Assembly (NCBI GenBank): GCA_013265495.1
Contig: MU058221.1
Coordinates: 3,472,001-3,536,000, forward strand
DNA length: 64,000 nt
Source of the DNA: Vicugna vicugna
Taxonomy: Eukaryota
Reading direction: 5' to 3'
The notes beneath the pieces are model-generated. The model was not told the DNA's origin and searched no databases. It saw only the letters and a program-made list of their open reading frames with translations. Both the position numbers and the translations under genes were made by a program. Shown here piece after piece: positions 52,800 to 64,000 of this stretch. The first letter of the stretch is position 1. Every line of letters begins with the position of its first letter.

Positions 52800-53055
52800 C
52801 TCCTTAAACCATACTTGATCTCCAAGTAGAGACAATAGTAACACAGTGAAACAAGGTCATCCTTCTGCCTAACGTAACAAAACTATCCTGTGCACAGCTG
52901 AAAACGTCCAAACCTTTTCCACAGAAGAGGATACAAAGTTCTTGAGTGGCCTTTGCTCTTTCCTTTGATATCCCGTAACTTAAATGTCATGATACAAAAT
53001 CAGTATTTCTTACATTATTTGTTAAGGGAATGAGAGAGGGAGGAGAACAAAGACC

Positions 53056-53091
<36 letters not shown>

Positions 53092-56070
53092 CAGAACAGA
53101 GGGGAAATATTTATGATGAGGTCAATTCCAGACCATGTTTCTAACACTGGCCATGGGACCATAGCTGGTCCTGATGACCACTTTCTTCCACTATCCTTTC
53201 TGTATTCCCTTTGCTTTCACCAAGAGTATGAGTTGTTTGTGGCTGCCTAGTTTGTAGGGTTATCCAGACCTTCATTGTTTCTGCCTGGATTCAGCTGTTA
53301 AATAGTCTACCGTAGACGTTAATCACAGGGCAGTACCAAGAGATGCTTTATTTCTAGACATACTCTTCCTTACTTCTGTTGTGGGACAGAGTTCGATTTC
53401 TTCTTGGTGGTCCAGATCACTCACCCCGGCCAGTGCAATAACCCTCTTGTTAACTCAGGCTTGTGAGGAGCCTTACATGCTGGGCGGTCTTAATTTTCAG
53501 TTCAGTGGATTCATTGTTGTGCCTTCTGATGGGAGCATTCCTCTCTCTGAAATTAAGATGGTCTAGTCCACCAGAGAGCAAAGTCACGGGGACAGAAAGA
53601 GAAACTTCTGCCAGTGGGTTTCTAGGGATGGTGGTGAATGTTACCACTGTCACGTTTACCCCTTGATTCCTGGACCTGTGAATCCCGACTGTGGAAGAAA
53701 TTGCAGCAAATACTAGATACTAATTCAGAACATATACAGGCCCCTGGAGGCCTGGCCCCAGTCCCACAAAGTTTGCCACCTGTTGGCACTGTATTGACAC
53801 TGTTCAGTAAATGCATCTTCAAAAGGTCATTCCACCGCTCTGTCCAGCCAGCTGCCTCAGGGTGGCGGGGAGGATGGTAAGACCAGTGGATACCATGAGA
53901 ATGTATGGGTCAACTTGTGCATTTGATTGTTAAAATACTCCTCTGTTAAGGTCACCCTTTTGTTGGACATTCACATGGAGCACAAATATTCTCGTATTAT
54001 TTGCCTAGTCAGAGCATTCAATCCTTATAACTCTTCACCAGACTTCCATGTCACTAACTTCCCAGTCATGTCCCTTCCAAGTCACTGGGCATCCAGCCAA
54101 ATTATTGACCACAGTCCAAGAATGTCTATGTGATCACACCTCTGGTCGTTTCTCCCTCCAAGAGAAATGAACACCCAGGTAGACACACGGAAGTTCTGTC
54201 CATCGGGAGGATTCCTCTTCACCGTCGTGTTTCACGGATGTCCTAGAACTGGACTGCCGTGCTGCGCTGTCTGCTTCAGGGTGCTGGCTATGTATGGAGA
54301 ACCATCCGGAAACAGCTCAAGTTTTCTCTTCCTGTGTCAGCTGATCATAGGGAACTCCCGATGAGGCTCTCAGTGCAGGTTGAGGGAGAGAAAGTCGTGT
54401 GGCAGGAGTGGGGACCAGGGGCATTGGGGCCACATCTTCATGTAACTTAGCAGGGGCCACTTGGGCCCAACTTCATAACCCACTTCATTTGATAACGGAA
54501 AGCCGCTGATTGTGCGCACATTTGGGGCATAGTGGGTCAGGAGACACCCAGTTCATGTTAGGCATGGTAACTTGGTGGCTCATGATTAAGTGGTCAGTCT
54601 TTCCTAAGGGCCAGGAGCAGCTCAAAAGCGGTTTCTCAAAAAGAGGAGTCATCCACAGAGAATGATAGAGCTTTGCTCCAAAATTCTAAACTTCTGCTGT
54701 GATTCAGCTGTGCAGGCCTGTGGAAGTCGCTAAATCGCCTCCTATCCGACACTGACGCCTCATGAACCGTTGGACCTGCTGGACTGTGTGGCCGTGTGCC
54801 TTGTGCAACATCCTGGACCTGTTGCAGAGCGTTCTCCTGTGCTGGGACTCACTCAACACCAGTAGCTTTGGGGTCACTCAGGAAATGGGCTGGAATAAAA
54901 TACTCAGATGAGAGCTATGTTACCTCCAAGATCCAAAGAGCCTCAGTGGGCATTGTGTCTCTTTTTTTTTTTTGGGTGTAAGAGGCCGGATCCAATAACT
55001 TATCTTTCACCTTAGAAAAGATATTTTAACCTGCCCCACACCACTGGACCCCTAGAAATTTCCCCGAGGTGGAAAGCTCTTGAATTTTTGTTAGATTTAT
55101 TTCCCGTCCTCTGACAATTACATGTCTTAAAAATACATCAAAATAACTGCTGTTTCTCGCCCACTATGTCCAGTCGACATCATAACGTCAATGTAAAGGA
55201 CCAGTGTGAGACCTTGTGTAAGGGGAATGCAAAAGTTCCCTGCTAACTAAATTACGACACAGGGCTGGAGGGTCAATATACCCCTACAGTAGGGCAGCGA
55301 AGCTGTAACTCTGGTCTTGCCAGCTGAAAGCTCACTGCTTCTGGTGGACCTCATTGACAGGTAGAAAAGAAATTTTCCAGATCAGTGGCTGTGCACCCAG
55401 TTCTGGGGCATGTGTTCATTTTCCAGAGCAATGAAACCACCTTTGGTGCAGCAGCTGCGTTTGGAGTTCCTACCTGGTTAAACTCGTGATCACCCACTGC
55501 CACTATCCGCGATCACACTGTCTCCTGCACAGGGCACGTAGGTGAGCTGCATGGGGGCATCGTAGGAATCACCCACCCCTACCTCACTGAAGTCCTTGAT
55601 GGTGGCGCTGATTTTTACAGTCACTTGAAGAATGTTCTCTTGCTGTTGGTTTACTGTTTCCCTAAGTAGATGTAATTCTAGTGGTTTCCCCTTAGCCTTT
55701 CCCATCCTGTCAACCTTTGCTGCACAGGTCAGTTACCTAATGTGAGGATTCTGCCAGCTGTTGAGTGTGTCTGTTCCAATTACGCGTTCTGTACCTGCAG
55801 GAATAACCACAGGATGGGCTTGGGGATCCGCTGGTCCCATTCTGACGTGGATCTAAGCTAAAACTTGACTGACCACCTGGCCTCCGTGAGCTTCTACTCT
55901 GACTTGTGGACCACGGTGACATTTTGAGTCTCCCAGCACAGTGCCGCTTCATACCTCCCAAACTGGTTCCCAAATGTTCTGATTATTTCCTTTTCTCTAA
56001 TGCACACTTACCTATGAAGGCCAGAGATCCCTTTGTGGGAAGGCCGAGAGAAAGAACTTGGGTGAATAAA
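52800..56070 (-). mobile_element. ERV-L internal remnant: decayed protease, RT, RNase H, partial integrase, dUTPase
   Basis: Minus-strand translations: GYIDPPALCRNL (~55250-55285), LYIDV (55184-55198; YIDD decayed), HGIHWSYHPPRHPEAAGWTERWNDLLK (~53817-53897), dUTPase-like region ~53300-53650; many stops and frameshifts; contiguous with the MLT2 LTR. Confidence 0.88.
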
Positions 56071-56298
56071 TTATACCCTGAGCACACCCTCTCTCAGAAG
56101 CCCCCAAATTACCCCAAATGGTGCAAAATTATTCATGCATCCTTTTTTCGTCTTTACATCCAGACCCCACAGCTTTCTGTCCTCTGAGCTCACCTTCAAT
56201 CACTAGAACTGAGATTATTTCTTATTTAAATAATTCTCAAAGTACTTTAATATCTTAAATAGCCTTGTTTTTTCTTTCATTTTAATTTATTTAAAATA

Positions 56299-56657
56299 TT
56301 TTTTAACATTTTTTATTGATTTATAAGCATTTTACAATGTTGTGTCAAATTCCAGTGTTCAGCACAATTTTTCAGTCATTCATGGACATATACACACTCA
56401 TTGTCACATTGTTTCCTCTGTGAGTTATCATAACATTTTGTGTATATTTCCCTGTGCTATAAAGTATAATCTTGTTTAACTGTTCTACAATTTTGAAAGC
56501 CCAGTCTATCCCTTCCCACCCTCCAGCCCCCTGGCAACCACAAGTCTGTATTCTCTGTCTATGAGTCTATTTCTGTCCTGTATTTATGCTTTGTTTTTGT
56601 TTGTTTGTTTGTTTTTGTTTTTTAGATTCCACATATGAGCGATCTCATATGGTATTT
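56299..56657 (-). mobile_element. Young L1 3' end (~360 bp)
   Basis: Very similar to 1948-2300 (ttttttaacattttttattgatttata...tagattccacatatgagcgatctcatatggtattt); no TSD seen. Confidence 0.92.
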
Positions 56658-58844
56658 GTTTAGCTGAACGATGCTATAGTTGAGAAAAGTGCTTTGACGT
56701 AATTTATTCCAGGTAATAAATGCAGTATGTTGGTAAAGCAACTTCTCTAGACATTAGCATTATCTTGAGGAAAAGACCTGCAGCTCTTACATGACCTCAG
56801 TATTACTCCACCCAAAGAATATAAAGAGATCGTATCTACTGAGGCACTAATGTCATTGTTTATTTGGATTATTACTCTATTGCTCAACATTTCTAAATTA
56901 GACCACAGTGATAGAGTTATAAGCAGTGTTAACAATGAGAACGCCACCTATAAAACTAGTTGGTTGATTTCAAAGAAGGTAAAAATCTTATGGAATAGTT
57001 TGGATTAATTTTCATTGCGCCAGATTTTAAAATTTCCTTTATGTTAGAATTTTTTAATGAGATGAAGTAGAATTTTTAAAAATTCATAGATCATTACAAA
57101 GGAAGATCAGTGTTACTGCTAAATTATTTTACAAAAACCCTTAGGAAGAAAGCAGTATTTGTACAGACGCTGACTGTGACGTTGTGATCGTCTTAGTAGT
57201 ATAAAGAAGAGAGATATGTGAATATGATTTGCTTTATTAGCAAACTCTAGTCTTTGCATTATTCATTCAAATGTGTCGTAAACAAATGGAATATGCTGTT
57301 TCTATGCCTCCTCTGCCTTGAAGTAATAAATGTAGGAAAGAGAGCTGCTTCAGTACAGTTTAAGCTAATAGAAAAACTCATTCTAAACAGTGCAGAAGCA
57401 ATTCGCACATTTAAATTTAATCAAATAAAATATAACGACCCAGAGAATGTTATTAGAGTAGTCCACTGAAATCAAAGAATAAAAGAACTGGGTGAAATTT
57501 CAAGATCATACAGTCCATCCCCTGATACTTTGCAAATGATGTAATAATCTCCAAAGGCAAGCAGCATGCTCAAGGTCGCAGAAGAACTAAATAGCAAAGC
57601 CAAATTCCCAGATTCCTTTCGGTGGGAAACAGATAGTGGGGAACCACCACAATTTCCTGTTAAATTGCAAGTTCTTCGTCTCATCCTTGTAAATTGTGTT
57701 GGAAAGAACGTATAATTTAGCTTGTATCCAGTTCACAGAAAGGCTGGTATATATATATATATATATATATAAAACCACAAATTTAAGTATTCAAAATAAG
57801 AATACAGCAATGACCAAAGCGATGGCTGTGTTCTCTGGAAGAGCAAATGTTTGGAATAGGCATGATTCATGAAGTCACTAATAGGATAGTCAGTCGAGGA
57901 AATAAATGACATGTTCACTAAATTACTGCATGAAAGGGTATAAAGAGTTAACTTCATTCTTGTTGGTCTATGTCCATATCACTTAAGCCTTACAATAAAA
58001 GTTTATCTTCATTTTACAAATTATCAGTTCATTGTTTACATTTGTTTCAAACAGTTGAAATGTATGTATGTTTTGCTGCTTGCTCAAAGTCAAACATCTG
58101 GTAAGTAATAGAGGATTTGAATGTGTTTTTCTCTGATTAGAAGCTTGATCTTAAATTGTTACGGTTGTTGAAGTTTGGAGATTAAAATAACTTGAATTAA
58201 GAAAGGAGGATATTTTATATATTTTTTGTGAAATCTGTGGAGTTTTAACTGCTAACAAATAAGCAACTCTCATGAATATTAAAATATATCTTCATGCTTG
58301 ATCTGTACAAAATTTTAGCTTGTCTTTATTATTAATGTTGTTGTTTTTATTTCAATACTTACATCATCTTAAGCAGAACAATAATTTTAAAAATTATCAT
58401 GAAGGTTGGAAGTAAAATCACCCAAATTCTTCAATGAGCATTTTTGATTGTTTTAGTTACTTAAGTTTCTTCATTTATATATTTTCCTCTTCTAGCTAGC
58501 TTTTAGATATTTATTATTATTCATCAACTTAATTTTTTAAAGAGGTTTCAGTTACCAGAGAATGGCTGCTAAAATTGACATTTTTAAAGATTTTTTTCTA
58601 GTAGCAGGACTTTTCATTTTATATCACCATGTGAATAATCACGTACATATATATCTGTAGATATATCTATATATCTATCTTCGATCGATTGATCGATTGA
58701 TCTATCTATACCTTAAACTGCCTCCAATGTTCACATGTTTCACGGTTTTCTTTTGGTAGATATTGGTAGTGCTCACTAATATTTTCAATTATCTTGATCT
58801 TAATACTTCATTTTGCATGTGTATACATATATGACATTAAAAAA

Positions 58845-59655
58845 AGTTGAAGTTTGGCCGGTTTACAATGTGTCAATGTCTGGTGTACAGCATATAGCTT
58901 CAGTCATACATATACATCCATATATTCGTTTTCATATTCTTTTTCATTATAGGCTGCTACAAGATACTGAATATATTTCCCTGTGCTCTACAGTATAAAC
59001 TTGTTGTTTATTTATTTTATATATATTGGTTAGTATCTGCAAATCCCAAACTCCCAATTTTTTCCTCCACCTCCTTTCCACCTGGTAACCACAAGATTGT
59101 TTTGTATGTCTGTGAGTCTCTTTCTGTTTTATAAATAAATTCATTTTTGACAATTTTTTTAGATTCCACATATAAGTGATATCATACGGTGTTTTTCTTT
59201 CTCTTTCTGGCTTACTTCACTTGGTGACAGTCTCCAGGTCCATCCGTGTTGCTGCAAATGGCATTATTTTATTCTTTTTTATAGCTGAGCAATATTCTGT
59301 GTTTCTACATACCACATCTTCTTTATCCAGTCATCTGTCAATGGACATTTAGGTTGTTTCAATGCCTTGGCTATTATAAATAATTCTGCTATGAATATTG
59401 TGGTGCTCTTTAAATTAGAGCTTCTTCTGGATATATTCCCAGGAATGGGATTACTGGATCATATGATAAATCTATTTTCAGTTTTTTAAGGAATCTCTGT
59501 ACTGTTTTCCACAAACTACATTCCTACCAACAGTGTAGGAGGGTTCCCTTTTCTCTACACCCTTTCCAGCACTTATTATTTGTAGACTTTTTAATGTTGG
59601 CCATTCTGACTGGTGTGAGATGATACCTCATTGTACTTTTGATTTGCATGTCTCA
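58845..59655 (-). mobile_element. 5'-truncated L1 of an older subfamily (ORF2 end + 3'UTR)
   Basis: ttgaagt...gtttacaatg...tagattccacatataagtgatatcatacgg...ggccattctgactggtgtgagatgatacctcattgt. Confidence 0.9.
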
Positions 59656-59861
59656 GCAATTTTAATTAAAGAGATGTTTTAATTGAAGTATAGGGAAAAT
59701 AATACTCTGTAAGCCATGACTCTCACAGAGAACTCCCAGCTCTGAGAGTCAGTATCTTACCACCACCATACACTGTTGGATCCAAGACTGTAGAACTCAG
59801 GGTCGAAACTGAAAGAACACACAAGGCTCCTCTCAGCCCTAGGCACTTGAAAAGAGGTTTC

Positions 59862-59985
59862 ATCAATTTCTTTATTTTCTTTCCTTCTTCCCTTTCTCCC
59901 TTCTTCTTTCCCCTTCCCTCCCTCTGCCTCCCTCCTTTCTTCCTCTCTCTTTCTTTCTTCTTTTCTCTTTTTCGTATTTCTTTCA
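59862..59985. repeat. CT-rich low-complexity tract
   Basis: Near-pure pyrimidine run. Confidence 0.8.
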
Positions 59986-62900
59986 TAACAGGTCATGAAT
60001 GTTTACTCAAGCAGCGTTGTAGATATTGGATATATAGCAGTGAACAAACTGTGCATCTTACATCATGGGCGAGTGAGACATAAATACACATCAAAATAAT
60101 TCAAATATACAAACATATGCTGAGAATCACCTATATTGTAGGGTTTATAAATGTTGATGTGTTGTTCTACGTCAAATTAAAATTGGAAAACCTTACATTA
60201 CAGAGTAAATTGGATTATTCATAAGTATTTAATGGAGAATTTTTTAATGGGATACATTTTGACATAATGGAGTTAAAACCAATTTGCCAAATAATTTAAA
60301 CAAAATAATTCACTCTATAGTCAAACATCATAGGTCACCTGAAATGACCTGAATTGTCTGTCTACATTGATCAGAAGAATTAAACTTTAAATGAAGCATC
60401 AGAACTTTGTTTTCTTTTAAGCTAGATGACCAGAAGTATGCTGTAAATTGGAACTGATTTTAACTCTTGTCTTCAGATATTTTTCCTACTCTTCAGTATG
60501 TAGTTCAAATAAATCAGTGAGTGAAAAAGTAATGCAACCTTATAATTCATATATATACTCAGGATCTTCCAGGCAAAAAGTATTGTGAGCAAGAAAATGT
60601 TCTATTTTTAATTATTTTGGTCCACTGAATGACAACACTGATTACAGACACCAATCTTAAAACCAAAGTTGTTCGTTTAACTCTACCTTATGAAATTTGT
60701 AACATTACGATAGTCCTTAAGGAAAAGGTAAATAAAAACATATTCAGGGTATTCCAGGCTGCGAAATTCTTGTGCAGAACTGATATTTATTCCATACCTC
60801 ATGAGAATTCGTAACATTCAACAAGGAGTCGAAAAATTATTTATGCATTTCGATTTTTTCAGAGCTTGCTCCAAGCAGGACTTCTCAACACTTCCGGTGT
60901 TACTTTAGAGAAAAACAAATATTTTAAGAACCACATCTGATTCCATTTATGTTTCCACAGAAACAAAATATCGACCACAGTGGCAGAATTTACTTTGCTT
61001 TTGAATGTACAAAAAATTAAATATGAGATTTAAAACAAACCAAATTAATCAACCAGTATTGTACCTCAATAATTGTATCTCTTTCCTAGTAGATGGTAGA
61101 TTTTATTAGCTTGTATCTTTCTCCCATGTGCCTGCTACTATCTTTGGAACATAAGGTGCTCAATGTGTCTCTTTTGATGCAGAAAACTGGGTAGACAAGA
61201 GCTTATGTCAGCCATGCCACTCTTAGTGGGAAAGAAACAGAGGAGCATCTGGTCCACCAAAACACAACGAATGGGAGGACTAGAGGTGGTGCACACTAGC
61301 TTTCCTGGATTTCTGTTTTTTTCTCAAGACCTGACTTGTTTTATTTACTTGAAAATGGTAGTAGAAAGCAAGCACATTTATACACACTAAGTACAACTTA
61401 ACTGGATAGAAGAGCACCTTATTTTTTAAAAACAATCTCTTTATCAACTAATGATAGGCTTGGGCAAACATCCTGGTTTTTTTTAATCAGTAAACTTTTT
61501 GCAGACCTAACCTGCAAAAATACATATTGGACAACGTACACTCCGCTGTGTTTGCTACAGCGATACGATAGTTCAGAAGGTGAGTAAAACGAACGTCCTT
61601 CATAGTCTTCATAAACCCATCGTGTATAAGGGTGAGAGATAAATGGAGGAGGTACCTGAAGGAGTTCATGAGTTTATATCTTACAGGGAGATTGGATTTT
61701 ATTTTGAAAGCACTGTGGAAGTTATTACAAGAGAGTTAAAATGACTTTCAAAGCTTGAATGCTGTCTTTATTTATATACTGCTTTCCCCAAGTAATGGAA
61801 TTTGGCACAAGGCAAAACAAAGAGAGAGTTTTTCCAGTGCACTTGTTTTTGGAATACGTAGCAATTGTTGTCTATTAGTGTGATCAGGAATAGGAATGCA
61901 AATGAGACATCAAGGGCATAGTCATCAGAAAGTGTTAGTACAGTGATGGAGAGATTTGGAGAAAAGACTCAATAAAATCCAAATCATGACTGAAAGAAAC
62001 CAAGCATAAAGGATGGGCAAAAACAGATACTACCCTTTTAATTACCTTTTATCACTTGAATCTTCTTTACTTTGGCTTTAGTGGAAAGCATATAAAAGGA
62101 GTCTTTGTGTGGCTCGATATTTCTGTAAGAATTAATGATCAATTTTAATTAAGCCATGTTAATATTTGCAGTTGGCTTGCTCTGACCCTTTTAATGCCTG
62201 AATAATCAATAACAGTGCACGTTAACTAGCCGGTTTGTTCGAACAATATGTTTTTCCTTCACCCAACTTTATCTTGTCCACTTACAAAAATTACTTTCAT
62301 ATATAAAGTTCATAAAGTAAATTAAAATTCCCTCTCCCAGTCTCTTTTCTTTTTTTCTCTTTTCCATCCGCCACATAGACACATATACACTGATGCACAT
62401 GCATGTATATCCACTAACCAGCTTAGTCTTGCCCAAGTCACGGTTGGTTTTCAAAGATTCAGAATATTTTTATTTTTTAAGAAAGAAAGCTCATGAATAT
62501 ATTTTTTAAACCTATTCAGCTACACATGGACCAAAAAGAACTCTAAAATTATGCCCAATTATAATTTTTTAAAAAAACAGATTTTTAATCATATCTTTTG
62601 TTATCTGTTTAGTGGAAAATTTAGCCAATTGTCCCTCAAACACATGGATATGGTCCATGTGGATTAACCTGGAAAGCTAATTTTTTCATGGCATCACAGA
62701 GGACAAATTCTAACGAATAATGAAGGCACTTTGATGTGACAATTCAAAAGTATATTCAAAAGCGAAGTTGGTGAGAGAGATTAGAATTTGAACCGTTGTT
62801 GTAATTCAGTTAATGCTTTTTCTATTGATTTCAGCATCACCACTTCACCAAACCCTTCTTTGTTTCTCTCACTTCCGAGAGTGTAAGACCATAATCTCCC

Positions 62901-64000
62901 AAACTACCCCTGCGGAAAGAGAGGACGGAGGTCTGGGCCAAGACTCATCATCCTTAAAGGCTATTAGGCACAGTGGTTTAAGCCTTGTTTCCGGCACTGG
63001 AAGCCAGCATGAGCTGCAATATGTCAGGGGCATGAAGTATCTTAAATGCAGCCAAGCTCTCTCCGTGAATTTTCAGTCCAAAAATAGTGGGAAGAGAAGG
63101 CAGCTTAGTTAGACAGCTCGGAGGCCAACGTGGGATACCAGAAAAGACAGACATTTTGAAGCTGGAGTAGCAATTGGATTACAGCATTTTTTGAGAAACC
63201 ACATCTCCCTGCCTCGTAAGTTAGAATGTGCTGATGGATCTGATTCTTCCTTCTTATCGCAGGTTCAGGTAGCACGTTTAACTGTCTTGACTCTAGAGAT
63301 TGGTGTAAGGATGGGCGTGCAACCCAAGCAGATCCAAGCAGAGTCCTATCTACATATTCTCTTAATGTCAACAGGGCACATGATCCCTGTTTTCTGGCGA
63401 TACTATGCTAGAAATGCATTAAACCAAGAAGAAATAAGTGTGTGACTGGAGGGAATGACTTCCAGCGCACAAAGGGAAATAAAGCTATGGCAGAGGAACA
63501 GAATCACGTCAGCTGCAGAGGGAGTGTTGTCTGGAGTCAGGTATACTGACATTCCTTCAGTTACGTGTGCCCTTTTGTAGACTAGTTTTGAACTCACTTT
63601 TGTTCCATGCCTCTGGATTTATGCATGCTGGAAAACAGGCAGGTTCTAAGAAATGCTGCATGATTTGGGAATCATGAGGACCCTTGTCTTAGTAGTCTTC
63701 ATTTTTCACCTTGTGAGCACTCTAGATAAACTATAACAGCAGGTGGATTTTAGAATGCAAATATACGTATTTCCCAAGACATTTTTAGAGATTTTGCCAC
63801 AGGAGGAAACCCATGACTGCCTAGATTAGAACCCAGTACAATGTCAGCTCAGGGAAGCACACTGGGAGACAGCTACCTCGCTGCACAGGGGAGACCATGT
63901 TGTAGTGTTTCCATGGCAAAGTGGATAAAACCGAAGGTCATCTTTTGGAAAATAGAGTTTTCAGGACCCCGGAAGATAGGCTCCCTAAAGGTCAGCTTAA

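Noticed and set aside
59723..60083. K/E/R-rich and F/L/S-rich ORFs
   Set aside because: Translations of a CT-rich low-complexity tract
60332..60350. AGGTCA-N7-TGACCT inverted nuclear-receptor half-sites
   Set aside because: 7-bp spacer is not the canonical ERE (IR3); single unsupported motif
61505..61579. Possible exon (tttttgcAG ... AAG|GTGAGT)
   Set aside because: Only one frame open, unrecognisable peptide, adjacent to L2-like decayed sequence

Overview
Mammalian intergenic or intronic DNA, not prokaryotic. It is most likely camelid (alpaca/llama/camel): three tRNA-Ala-like Vic-1-type SINEs and a matching set of young LINE-1 3' ends support this, as an inference from recalled repeat families. 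No host protein-coding gene, rRNA, true tRNA gene or CRISPR array can be supported. The only recognisable protein sequences are decayed retroelement ones: L1 ORF2 C-termini, a half L1 ORF1 and an ERV-L pro-pol-dUTPase. The window is a layered repeat landscape. It holds young 5'-truncated L1s with target-site duplications (TSDs), SINEs, MaLR/MLT2/ERV LTRs, a ~3.6 kb ERV-L remnant, MER20/MER58/Tigger DNA transposons, MIR/L2 relics, microsatellites and a 52-bp minisatellite. I found no convincing new biological system. The best leads are: (i) a ~2.7 kb internally deleted L1 joining 5'UTR plus half of ORF1 directly to the end of ORF2; (ii) apparent AT-to-GC-biased divergence with CpG gain in old repeats; (iii) a solo LTR with an intact CCAATx3/octamerx2/TATA/polyA layout; (iv) an L1-derived inverted repeat beside a microsatellite-linked duplication; (v) the near-homogeneous 52-bp VNTR; (vi) two micro-exon candidates. 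Subfamily names come from memory of consensus sequences, and boundaries of old repeats are approximate.
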